Assembly (NCBI GenBank): GCA_002393975.1
Contig: DGSM01000009.1
Location: 1 to 49,970, forward strand
DNA: 49,970 nt
Direction of reading: 5' to 3'
Source: Clostridiales bacterium UBA4362
GTDB taxonomy: Bacteria > Bacillota > Clostridia > TANB77 > CAG-508
This document shows, one piece after another, positions 26,162 through 35,331 of this stretch (positions are counted from its first letter, which is position 1; each line of letters opens with the position of its first letter). The translations under genes and the position numbers were made by a program. The notes beneath the pieces are model-generated. The model saw only the letters and a list, made by a program, of their open reading frames with translations. It did no database searches and was not told where the DNA came from.

Positions 26162-28264
26162 TTAAACCTCTCTTCCCTTGCTTAATTCTTTTGTTGTTTT
26201 ACATATCAACTTATCAAATGTTATTAGTAATGCTGGTAATAATGTAATTACTACTATCATACTTATGATTGCTCCTCTTGACATTAAAGTGCATAATGAT
26301 CCAATTAATTCAAGTTTTGAATAAACTCCTACACCAAATGTTGCTCCAAAGAAGCATAAAGCACTAACAAATACTGAGTTAATTGATGTACTTAAACTCT
26401 TATTAATAGAGTCATATTTAGAAAGTCCTTCTTTTCTATTTGCAATATACTTAGTAGTAATTAAAATAGCATAATCTATAGTTGCTCCTAATTGGATTGT
26501 TCCAATAACTATAGATGCAATAAAAGGTAAAGTTGTATTAGTATAACTTGGAATTCCCATATTAATAAAAATTGCAAATTCAATAGTCAACATTAAAATA
26601 AATGGTAAACTTGCTGACTTAAGTACGATAATCATTATTAAGAATATAATTCCAAGTGAAAAATAATTAACTGCTTTAAAATCATGATCACTTACTTTAA
26701 CTAAATCATTCATTAAAGGTCCTTCACCTGCTAATATTCCATTTTCATCATATTTTTTAATAATTGAATTTATTTCGTTAATTTGATTATTTAATTCATT
26801 TGTTGCAATTTCATATTTAGAATTTATTATTAATAATTGATATTTTTCTGTCTTAAATATTTCTCTTACATTATTAGGCAACATCTCTTCAGGTAATTTA
26901 TCTGAGATTTCTACATATGATATTATTCCATCAATTCCTTCTACAGACTTAATCTCATTAGTCATCTCTTTTAACTTGCTTGATTCCATATTTGAATCAA
27001 CTAATACTAACTCTGTTGAGATAATTCCAAAATTGTCCTGTAATTCATGTGTTGCTTCAATACTAGATAGTGAATCTGGTAATGAGCTATCTAATTTATA
27101 ATATACTTTAGTGTTTTTATATCCATAAATTGCAAAAGGTAAAATAATTATTGCAATGACAATTATGGCTTTATAATGTTTTAAATTAAAATCTTTTAAT
27201 CTTTTAAATTGAGGAATAATTGGTTTATGTTTTGTTTTTTCAATTAATTTATCTGTTAAAAGAATAAATGATGGTAATATTGTAATTGCACAAGCAAGTC
27301 CAAATAAAACTCCTTTTGCCATAACAATTCCAATATCTTTTCCTAATGTCAAATTCATGCTACAAAGAGCTAGAAAACCTGCAATAGTTGTAATAGCACT
27401 TCCTATAACAGATGTCATAGTTTTCTTTATAGCAATGCTCATTGCTTTATCATTAATATCTTTATCAGTTTCTTTATTTTTTCTATTAGATATCAATATA
27501 TTTTTTTCTTCTATATAACTATGATATAAGAATATAGCAAAATCCATTGTAACACCTAATTGTAATACAGCACTTATTGCTTTGGTGATATAAGATATCT
27601 CGCCTAAAAAATAGTTAGAACCCATATTATATATTACAGCAAATCCTATGTTTAATAATAAAAGAAATGGTGTAAAATATGAATCTAATGCCAATTGTAA
27701 GATAATTAAACATAATACAACAGCAATTAGCACATAAATAGCAACCTCTGAATCTGAAAGTTCTTTAGTATCTATAAGAGCTGAAGTCATTCCTCCTACT
27801 TTAGCATAACCATCACATATATTTCTAATCTCATTGACTGCTACCATAGTTTTATCTTCAGAAATTTTTCCTGAAAATGTAACCATTATGACTGTATCAT
27901 TTCCTGAATAAACTTTGCTTTTCACCTCATCAGGCAAAGCATCCACTGGAATATCAGTACCAATCACATCTGCTATACTAATAACTTTTTGAACTGAGTC
28001 AACTTCTTTAATTTTATTTTCCAATTTTAATATATCTTTTGGCTTTAAATTATCAGTAACAATCATTGCAAAAGATCCCATATTAAAGTCATTAGCTAAA
28101 ATGTTTTGCCCTTGTATTGTTTCAATATCATCAGGAAGATATATTAGAATATCATAGTTCGTTCTAGTGTTTACATATCCTATTATTGATGGAATAAGTA
28201 AAATTAGAGCGATTATTGAAATTATCTTTTTATGTTTAACAATAAAGTTTGCATATTTTTGCAT
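26162..28264 (-). CDS. MMPL/RND-superfamily transporter
   Basis: Duplicated architecture: TM1, large loop, 5 TM, twice over. AAGGAGG RBS. Confidence 0.88.
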   Translation of the reverse strand: MQKYANFIVKHKKIISIIALILLIPSIIGYVNTRTNYDILIYLPDDIETIQGQNILANDFNMGSFAMIVTDNLKPKDILKLENKIKEVDSVQKVISIADVIGTDIPVDALPDEVKSKVYSGNDTVIMVTFSGKISEDKTMVAVNEIRNICDGYAKVGGMTSALIDTKELSDSEVAIYVLIAVVLCLIILQLALDSYFTPFLLLLNIGFAVIYNMGSNYFLGEISYITKAISAVLQLGVTMDFAIFLYHSYIEEKNILISNRKNKETDKDINDKAMSIAIKKTMTSVIGSAITTIAGFLALCSMNLTLGKDIGIVMAKGVLFGLACAITILPSFILLTDKLIEKTKHKPIIPQFKRLKDFNLKHYKAIIVIAIIILPFAIYGYKNTKVYYKLDSSLPDSLSSIEATHELQDNFGIISTELVLVDSNMESSKLKEMTNEIKSVEGIDGIISYVEISDKLPEEMLPNNVREIFKTEKYQLLIINSKYEIATNELNNQINEINSIIKKYDENGILAGEGPLMNDLVKVSDHDFKAVNYFSLGIIFLIMIIVLKSASLPFILMLTIEFAIFINMGIPSYTNTTLPFIASIVIGTIQLGATIDYAILITTKYIANRKEGLSKYDSINKSLSTSINSVFVSALCFFGATFGVGVYSKLELIGSLCTLMSRGAIISMIVVITLLPALLITFDKLICKTTKELSKGREV

Positions 28265-28284
28265 TATTTCTCCTCCTTTGTTCC

Positions 28285-28297
28285 TGACCGTTGGTCA
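28285..28297. promoter_or_regulatory. Putative TetR operator 1 (in the MMPL 5' leader)
   Basis: Palindrome TGACCgttGGTCA between the predicted MMPL transcription start and its RBS. Confidence 0.5.
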
Positions 28298-28314
28298 TTC
28301 TTGATGCACTTAGT

Positions 28315-28342
28315 ATTATAACACCAAATTTTAATATGTCAA
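28315..28342 (-). promoter_or_regulatory. MMPL operon promoter
   Basis: Minus strand TTGACA-16-TATAAT with an extended TGt -10. Confidence 0.55.
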
Positions 28343-28349
28343 TAAGAAT

Positions 28350-28378
28350 TTGACTTTTGGTCATTTTTTATTTATAAT
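28350..28378 (+). promoter_or_regulatory. tetR-family gene promoter
   Basis: TTGACT-17-TATAAT. The -10 ends 7 nt before ATG 28386. Confidence 0.5.
28351..28363. promoter_or_regulatory. Putative TetR operator 2 (overlaps the -35 of the tetR promoter)
   Basis: TGACTtttGGTCA, matching operator 1 at 11 of 13 positions. Confidence 0.5.
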
Positions 28379-28385
28379 TAGAGGT

Positions 28386-29024
28386 ATGAATAATAAAATT
28401 AGAAATAAAATAAATGAAACTAAGAAAAAAATTGAAGTAAATAAAGCTGAAAAAGAAAATAGACTTATTAATGAAGGTTTTAATCTTTTTATTACAAAAG
28501 GAATTAATAATACTTCGGTTCAAGATATTGTTGATAAAGCTAATGTTGCAAAAGGAACTTTCTATCTATACTTCAAAGATAAGTATGAATTAAGGGATAG
28601 AATAATTAAATATAAGTCTCAAAAACTTTTTAATGAAGCTTTAAAAAATCTAGAGAAAAATTATATAGAAGATTTCTTTGATCAATTTATTTATGTAATA
28701 AATTATGTCATTGATGAATTAGCTAAAAATCCTTTATTATTAAAACTTATAGAAAAGAATCTTAATTATGGAATTTCAAACAAATTAATAATGGATATTC
28801 ATGCAAATTATGAATTAGAAGAAAAAAGTATTTATGATTTGTTTATTAATGGAGTTTCTAAAAATAATATTAAATTAGATAATCCTGAAGTTACATTTTT
28901 TATGATTGTTGAACTTGTAAGTAGTACAATTTTCTCATCTATATTATTTAAAGAACCTCTTCCTATTGATGAATATAAACCTATATTATATAAACAAATA
29001 AGAAATATGTTAAAACAAAGTTAA
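28386..29024 (+). CDS. TetR/AcrR-family transcriptional regulator
   Basis: N-terminal HTH: NTSVQDIVDKANVAKGTFYLYFKDKYEL. I chose ATG 28386 over the TTG at 28350, which lies inside the promoter/operator. Confidence 0.88.
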   Translation: MNNKIRNKINETKKKIEVNKAEKENRLINEGFNLFITKGINNTSVQDIVDKANVAKGTFYLYFKDKYELRDRIIKYKSQKLFNEALKNLEKNYIEDFFDQFIYVINYVIDELAKNPLLLKLIEKNLNYGISNKLIMDIHANYELEEKSIYDLFINGVSKNNIKLDNPEVTFFMIVELVSSTIFSSILFKEPLPIDEYKPILYKQIRNMLKQS

Positions 29025-29038
29025 TATAAAATAAAAAT

Positions 29039-29070
29039 AAGAAATAATTACAAAAAAGTAATTATTTCTT
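29039..29070. terminator. Bidirectional terminator hairpin between tetR and truA
   Basis: Perfect 13-bp stem AAGAAATAATTAC-aaaaaa-GTAATTATTTCTT flanked by A/T runs. Confidence 0.6.
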
Positions 29071-29101
29071 ATTTTAACTCTTTATTATATACTTTTATTT
29101 T

Positions 29102-29851
29102 TTATTCATTATAGTCTACATTTACTAAAAATAGTCCATTTGGAGGCAATGTTTTACCTGCCCTGCTTCTATCTTTAGATTCTATAATTTCTTTAACTTC
29201 TTCAGGCTTTATTCTACCAAGTCCAACATCTAAAAGTGTACCTGCAATAATTCTAACCATATTATAAAGAAAACCATTGCCAGTAAGCTCAATATATATT
29301 CTCTCACCCTCTCTTCTAACACTTGCATTATATATTGTCCTTACACTACTTTTAGTACTTCCTCCACTTGCTTTAAACGCTTTAAAGTCATGTTCTCCTA
29401 TAAAGTATTCAATAGCTTCTTGCATCAATTTTTCATCTAAATGCAATGGAAAATTATATTCTAAATTTCTATAAATGCTAGAACCTTGAGATGAGTTATT
29501 TATAACATATCTATAAGTTTTCTTTTTAGCATGATATCTGCTATGGAATTCGTTATCAACTAATTCTGCTGTTTTAATTCTAACAGATTTTTTAAGTTGT
29601 GAATTTAAAGCATAAGGTAATTTTTCTATATTTATATCTTTGTCAATTTTAAAGTTAGCAATTTGATTTAAAGCATGAACTCCAGCATCTGTTCTTCCAG
29701 AAGCAATTAGCTCTACCTTCTCACCAGTGATAATCTCAATAGCTCTTTCAATTTCGCCTTGAATATTTAACTTATCATTTTGTTTTTGCCAACCATTAAA
29801 ATCTTTGCCATCATACTCTATTACAAGTCTAATATTATAAATAGCTAACAC
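29102..29851 (-). CDS. truA: tRNA pseudouridine(38-40) synthase TruA
   Basis: IEYDGKDFNGWQKQ and GRTDAGVHA (catalytic Asp). Apparent GTG start 10 nt after the cdaA stop. Confidence 0.92.
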   Translation of the reverse strand: MLAIYNIRLVIEYDGKDFNGWQKQNDKLNIQGEIERAIEIITGEKVELIASGRTDAGVHALNQIANFKIDKDINIEKLPYALNSQLKKSVRIKTAELVDNEFHSRYHAKKKTYRYVINNSSQGSSIYRNLEYNFPLHLDEKLMQEAIEYFIGEHDFKAFKASGGSTKSSVRTIYNASVRREGERIYIELTGNGFLYNMVRIIAGTLLDVGLGRIKPEEVKEIIESKDRSRAGKTLPPNGLFLVNVDYNE

Positions 29852-29861
29852 CTCTCTTTTA

Positions 29862-30851
29862 CTAATCTTTTTTGCTTTCTTTTTCTTCCTTCTCTTCTTT
29901 AACAGCTTCTGTAGTTTTCAATATCTTATCAGACTTTTTCTTACTAGTATGTTTTAATTTTCTCTCATTAAATTTATTTCTAACATTGTCTTTAAATTCT
30001 TGAGATTTCTCATCACCAAATCTATCATATATAAGACTCTTAAGTAATATTCTTTTTAATGCATCTTCACTAACATTTGAAATAAGTGTTCCATTTTTTG
30101 CTATAGATATTTTTCCTGATTCTTCTGAAACAACTACTGCAATAGCATCACTATCTTTTGATATACCAATTGCAGCTCTATGTCTTGTACCTAGTTCTCT
30201 TGCTAAGTCTTTATCATCAGCAAGTGGTAGTAAACAAGCTGCTGCTTGTATTTGATTATTTGAAACTATTACTGCACCATCATGAAGTGGAGTATTTGGA
30301 ACAAATATATTTACTAATACTTGTGGCGAAACATCACAATGCATCTTTATTCCAGTATCAATAATATCTTGAATTTTAACTTCTCTTTCAAATACTATAA
30401 GTCCACCAACTTTATTCTTTGACATTTCTTCTGCTGCTATAACAGTCATATAAATATCATCTTTTGTTTTATCTTGAATGCTTTTATCTATTCCAAATAA
30501 TTTAGAAAAGCCTCTAGTATTAGATCCTATAGTTTCTAGACCTCTTCTTAATTCTGGCTGGAATATAATTAATAGTGCAATAACACCATATGTCATTATA
30601 GTAGTTAATATAAAGTTTAAGACTCTTAGTTTAAACCATCCACTTACTAAAGTTACTAAAACAAGAATGGTAATTCCTTTTAATAATGACCAAACTTTAG
30701 TTTTTCTTGCAAATCTGATTAACATATATATTAAAAATATAACAATTATTATATCTAGAATTGCAGTAGCAATCTGCCATGGATGCATTTGCAATTCTTC
30801 AAAGTATCCTGTAAAAGTTATAGATAATTGTCTTTTTATACCATCTAACAT
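29862..30851 (-). CDS. cdaA: Diadenylate cyclase CdaA (3 TM plus DAC domain) with a Lys/Glu-rich C-terminal tail
   Basis: Three N-terminal TM helices and DAC motifs HDGAVIV and LGTRHRAAIGIS. Confidence 0.92.
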   Translation of the reverse strand: MLDGIKRQLSITFTGYFEELQMHPWQIATAILDIIIVIFLIYMLIRFARKTKVWSLLKGITILVLVTLVSGWFKLRVLNFILTTIMTYGVIALLIIFQPELRRGLETIGSNTRGFSKLFGIDKSIQDKTKDDIYMTVIAAEEMSKNKVGGLIVFEREVKIQDIIDTGIKMHCDVSPQVLVNIFVPNTPLHDGAVIVSNNQIQAAACLLPLADDKDLARELGTRHRAAIGISKDSDAIAVVVSEESGKISIAKNGTLISNVSEDALKRILLKSLIYDRFGDEKSQEFKDNVRNKFNERKLKHTSKKKSDKILKTTEAVKEEKEEKESKKD

Positions 30852-30868
30852 AAATTACTCCTTATTAT

Positions 30869-31339
30869 TTATTCCATATTCATTAAATAGAAAATTAATG
30901 TACCACAACTTGCAAGTAACATAGAAGCTATAGCTATTATAGCTACTAGTTTTTTTATAAACTTTCTTTCCATAGTTTTTCTTTCAGATTTATGTTGTGC
31001 CTTATATTCATCAGTCTTTTTTAATTCTTTAAGCTCTCCCTTTTCTTTTTTTCTAAGTTCAGCTTTTTTCTTTTTTAATTTCTTTTTGTCTTCTTTAGTA
31101 AGTACATCTTCATCAAGGTTTTCAAGGATCTCATCATCATCAAAAGAATCTTCATCAGATTCATTTTCTACATCTTCATCTTCATCAATTAAATTATCCT
31201 CTACTTTCTCTATCTCCTCATCCTCAATTATTTCTTCTTCAATTATATCTTCATCAATAATTGGTTTCTCTTTCATGATAGGAGTTTGCTTTTTCTTTGG
31301 AACTTTTCTTTTTACGGTTTTCTTGTACTTATTTTTCAT
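30869..31339 (-). CDS. Hypothetical highly charged (acidic core, basic flanks) tail-anchored membrane protein
   Basis: 156 aa with a D/E-rich centre, K-rich flanks, and a single C-terminal TM (LVAIIAIASMLLASCGTLIFYL). It ends 17 nt upstream of cdaA. Confidence 0.65.
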   Translation of the reverse strand: MKNKYKKTVKRKVPKKKQTPIMKEKPIIDEDIIEEEIIEDEEIEKVEDNLIDEDEDVENESDEDSFDDDEILENLDEDVLTKEDKKKLKKKKAELRKKEKGELKELKKTDEYKAQHKSERKTMERKFIKKLVAIIAIASMLLASCGTLIFYLMNME

Positions 31340-31351
31340 TGTTTATCCTTT

Positions 31352-32509
31352 CTATAAAAAAGCTTCCCAAACTTGGTTTGCTAAATCTAGTCCTTTCTTT
31401 GTTAATTTAAGATATCTATCATCATCTATTACAACTAAGTTTTGTTTTATTAAATTCATTATAGAATTCCAATATACATCACTTAAATTCTCTTGAAATT
31501 TCTTTTCAAAAGAATCAAGACTTACTCCTTTAGTCATTCTAAGTCCTAGAATTATAAATTCGTTCATCTTATCTCTTTTAGTTTGTTTTTCTTCTATTAT
31601 CGTATTTGCTTGCCACTTATTATTTTCTACATTTGAGATATATTGTCTTAGGTTAGAAACATTTTTATATCTCATATTATTCATGTAAGATGCAGCATTA
31701 AGTCCAATTCCTAGATACTCTTTTTGATTCCAGCAATCAATATTATGTTGGCATCTAAATGAAGGTTTTGCAAAATTAGATATCTCATAATGGATATATC
31801 CATTGTCTTCTAATTTTCTTTTTGCAAACCAATACATATATCTTTCGATTTCTTCATCAGGTAAAGATAACTTATTTAAGTTTACTAATCTTGTAAGTTC
31901 TGTTCCCTCTTCTAATATTAAAGAATAAACAGAAATATGGCTTATATCCAATTCAAGCAATTTATTTAAAGTGTCTTCTACATCATAAATTGTTTGATTA
32001 GGAATTCCAATCATAATATCAGTATTTATATTATCAAAGCCTACTTTTTTTGCTAGTTCAACAGTTTGAACATATTTTTTATAATCATGAATTCTGCCTA
32101 ATTGCTTTAACAATTCATCATTAGAAGTTTGTAAACCTATAGAAAGTCTATTTATTCCTGCTGCTTTATATGTTTTTAGTTTTTCTTCATCTACTGTACC
32201 AGGATTTACTTCTATTGATATTTCGCAATTATTCATTATTTCAAAGTTATCATAAATAATGTCTAATATTTTATATATATACTTTTCATCAATTATTGAA
32301 GGTGTACCACCACCAATATATATAGTTTTAATTAAATACCTATCATTTTGTAATTTAAGGTCATTTGCTTTATATTTTATTTCGGAAATCAAAGCATCAA
32401 TGTATTCACTCATTAAATCAGCTTCACATTTTTCAAATGATATAAAATCACAATACTTACATTTTTGTTTGCAAAAAGGAATATGTATATATAATCCAAT
32501 TAAATTCAT
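31352..32509 (-). CDS. hemW: Radical SAM heme chaperone HemW (HemN-like)
   Basis: LYIHIPFCKQKCKYCDF (CxxxCxxC) and GGGTPS. Confidence 0.9.
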   Translation of the reverse strand: MNLIGLYIHIPFCKQKCKYCDFISFEKCEADLMSEYIDALISEIKYKANDLKLQNDRYLIKTIYIGGGTPSIIDEKYIYKILDIIYDNFEIMNNCEISIEVNPGTVDEEKLKTYKAAGINRLSIGLQTSNDELLKQLGRIHDYKKYVQTVELAKKVGFDNINTDIMIGIPNQTIYDVEDTLNKLLELDISHISVYSLILEEGTELTRLVNLNKLSLPDEEIERYMYWFAKRKLEDNGYIHYEISNFAKPSFRCQHNIDCWNQKEYLGIGLNAASYMNNMRYKNVSNLRQYISNVENNKWQANTIIEEKQTKRDKMNEFIILGLRMTKGVSLDSFEKKFQENLSDVYWNSIMNLIKQNLVVIDDDRYLKLTKKGLDLANQVWEAFL

Positions 32510-32510
32510 T

Positions 32511-33377
32511 TTACTTGCCTTCTTCTCTCAGTTCTTCAGCTAATTTAGAAATATTGGCAAATCTATGATTAACACCAGACTTACTAATAGGCGGATTTAC
32601 CATTTCTCCTAATTCAGCTAAAGTTTTTTCAGGATTATTTAATCTTAAATCAGATAAAATCTTTTCTTTTTCCGATAGTTTATTAAAACAATTCATTTGT
32701 TTGATATATTTTATATCATTTATTTGTTTAACAGATGACATAGCCGTCTTATTCATATTTGCAGCTTCAAGATTTACTTGTCTGTTAACATTATTTCTAA
32801 TTTCTTTTACCATTCTTACATCTTCAAAGTTCAATACACTACTATTGCAACCTATAAATGCTAGAAATTCTGAAATACTATCACCGCTCTTAAGATATAG
32901 CATTAGTCCACTATTTCTTTTTGAGCTACCAAAATCGAAATTATATTTCTTTGCTAAATCAATGAAGAAATTTCCTCTTTTTACATCTTCAAATATAATT
33001 TCTAAATGATATACATTGTTAGGATTATTTACAGATCCACTTCTTAAGAATGTTCCTCTAAAAACGGCTTTTGCTTCTTCTTCAGATATATTATTCTCAT
33101 TTAAAATATTATATTTATTATTAAGAGTTCTTATATCTTTAATAATTAAACAAAAGTTATCACCTTTCATCTCAACATCAAAGTTTTCGATTCCAAGATT
33201 CATTAATAGTTTTGCAAATCTATTAATATTGTACTCATTTTCTGTAAGAACTTGAGAAGACGAATTAGGAAGCAAATATCCTTCTAATTCAAATTTCACC
33301 AAATTCTTGTTTTTTAAATTATTCAATTGACTTAATTCTTTTTTTACTAAATAAGAAAATGGTTTATTTGAATCCAT
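32511..33377 (-). CDS. whiA: DNA-binding protein WhiA
   Basis: N-terminal FSYLVKKEL, degenerate LAGLIDADG-like middle (RGTFLRSGSVNNPNNVYHLEI), C-terminal HTH (TLAELGEMVNPPISKSGVNHRF). Confidence 0.88.
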   Translation of the reverse strand: MDSNKPFSYLVKKELSQLNNLKNKNLVKFELEGYLLPNSSSQVLTENEYNINRFAKLLMNLGIENFDVEMKGDNFCLIIKDIRTLNNKYNILNENNISEEEAKAVFRGTFLRSGSVNNPNNVYHLEIIFEDVKRGNFFIDLAKKYNFDFGSSKRNSGLMLYLKSGDSISEFLAFIGCNSSVLNFEDVRMVKEIRNNVNRQVNLEAANMNKTAMSSVKQINDIKYIKQMNCFNKLSEKEKILSDLRLNNPEKTLAELGEMVNPPISKSGVNHRFANISKLAEELREEGK

Positions 33378-33408
33378 ATATCTCCTTTATGACTTCTCTC
33401 TTTTTATA

Positions 33409-34242
33409 TTATTTATCTATAATTTTTTGATAAATAACACATCTATCATTCATGTTTAAATCTTTATAAAATGTACTATTATCAAGTAAGTCACTAACTT
33501 TTTTACCTTGATCATAGTCTATTTCTAATACTAAATATCCACCATCAACTAAATACTCATCAATATGTTCACTAATTTGTCTATAAAATTTAAGTCCATC
33601 CATGCCACCATCTAAAGCAATATGTGGTTCATTTTGAACATCTAAATTTAATTTTTCTATATCATCACTTCTAACATATGGAGGATTAGATATTATCATA
33701 TCAAATTGTCCTTCAACTTTGTCAAAAAGGTCAGATAATATAAAGTTAACTTTAGTATCAGGAATAATCTTTGAAGCATTCTTTATAGCAACATTTAAAG
33801 CTCCATTTGAAATATCTGTAGCTGACATTTCAAAATCTATATTTCTTTCATTTAGTTTTTTACTAACAACAATTGCTATTGCTCCACTTCCTGTACATAA
33901 ATCAAGTATTCTAATTGGTCTATCTAAATCCATGTTATATAGAATTGTTAAAGCTTTATAAACTATAAAAGATGTATCTTGTTGAGGAATTAATACATTT
34001 TCATCAACATAGAATTCACAATCATAAAATTCTTGTTTATTTGTAATGTATTGTACAGGTTCTCCTGCTTTAACTGCTTTAACAAGATTTTTAAAATAAT
34101 TTTCTTGTTCTATAGTCATTTCTTTGTCGTTATTAATTACTAAATAATTATCTTTACAATTAAATACTTTTTCCAATAATAATTTAGTATTAAAATATTC
34201 TATTTCGTGAGTTCCATATGAAATAGCCTCGCTGATTTTCAT
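33409..34242 (-). CDS. prmC: Release factor N5-glutamine methyltransferase PrmC (HemK)
   Basis: SAM motif ILDLCTGSGAIA and catalytic ISNPPY. Confidence 0.9.
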   Translation of the reverse strand: MKISEAISYGTHEIEYFNTKLLLEKVFNCKDNYLVINNDKEMTIEQENYFKNLVKAVKAGEPVQYITNKQEFYDCEFYVDENVLIPQQDTSFIVYKALTILYNMDLDRPIRILDLCTGSGAIAIVVSKKLNERNIDFEMSATDISNGALNVAIKNASKIIPDTKVNFILSDLFDKVEGQFDMIISNPPYVRSDDIEKLNLDVQNEPHIALDGGMDGLKFYRQISEHIDEYLVDGGYLVLEIDYDQGKKVSDLLDNSTFYKDLNMNDRCVIYQKIIDK

Positions 34243-34315
34243 ATTAAATTCTCCTTATCATAAGTATTTTGTATTTATATTTGTATGTTTATTTATATTC
34301 TATATTTTATTTATA

Positions 34316-35179
34316 TTATTCAACTCTAAAAAATTTAATAAGGTTAGTATTTTCTAAAGTCTTTTCAATTTTACCATTATAGATACTCTCTCCAGAATAT
34401 TGATCTTCTAATGGAATATCGATATAGACATTTGCTATGTATTTATGATTATACATATTAGTTAATGTAATCTTAAAAGAAAGAGTACATTTCATACTAG
34501 TAAGAGGTACTTCAGTCATTCTAAGAATATTTCCATCGTATCTTAAATATGACGAGCCATCTTCTATTATATAGTTCTCCTTTATATTGCTATTTACATA
34601 TGAAAGTGTAATAGGATTTTGGCAATTACTATAAAGAGAAGTTGTACTAGTATCTAAATCTTGACTTACTATATTAAAGTCTAGTTTCTCACCTATTTTG
34701 TTTTCTTCATTAATTGTATAATTCGCAAAATTCTGTATATCTTTATAATAAAGACTTGGTGTTCCAGCCTTTCCTTTGGTAAAATTGACATCTGAAATAG
34801 TAAGTGTCTTTATTGAATTATTATAATTAATCCCTTCAGAATATCTATTATTAATATATAAAGCAATATCTGTATATTGATTAACATTTAAATTCCAAAT
34901 TGGTCTTGAATCTACATTATTTGTAGCATAAGCACTACTATATAAATAAATCTTATCAATGCTAAAAGTTGTATTTGTATTAAGCATTGCTAAACGTGAT
35001 GCCGATTCAGAAAACTCATCATTTACATAGTAAATATGGATATAAAGATAAGTCATAAGAATAAGTACAACTAAAAGCAAAGCTATAAGTTGCATTTTCT
35101 TTCGTACTTTATATCTATCATTACCATTTACAATTACTACGGTGGCTCTTCTTTTCACAAAAAGCTCCTCTCTTATCAT
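34316..35179 (-). CDS. Hypothetical N-terminally anchored, beta-rich extracytoplasmic protein
   Basis: A basic N-terminus, then a TM (LIALLLVVLILMTYLYIHIYY), then an Asn/Tyr/Ser-rich beta region. The start is uncertain: the GTG at 35158 has a GAGGAG SD 6 nt upstream and may be the true start. Confidence 0.7.
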   Translation of the reverse strand: MIREELFVKRRATVVIVNGNDRYKVRKKMQLIALLLVVLILMTYLYIHIYYVNDEFSESASRLAMLNTNTTFSIDKIYLYSSAYATNNVDSRPIWNLNVNQYTDIALYINNRYSEGINYNNSIKTLTISDVNFTKGKAGTPSLYYKDIQNFANYTINEENKIGEKLDFNIVSQDLDTSTTSLYSNCQNPITLSYVNSNIKENYIIEDGSSYLRYDGNILRMTEVPLTSMKCTLSFKITLTNMYNHKYIANVYIDIPLEDQYSGESIYNGKIEKTLENTNLIKFFRVE

Positions 35180-35331
35180 TAGAATAAACCATTAATATTA
35201 TAACAGTAAAAACGACTTTTTTAAACAGTTTGAATAAATTTATTTAAAAATAAATGTTCTTTACATTTTTGTAATACACTTTTTACGAAAAAGCCCTTGC
35301 TTAAAACACTATTTTATGATATTTTAAAGAT

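Noticed and set aside
28350-28385. TTG start extending the TetR ORF by 12 codons
   Set aside because: The TTG is the first base triplet of the TTGACT -35 box and lies inside operator 2. ATG 28386 gives a normal TetR N-terminus.
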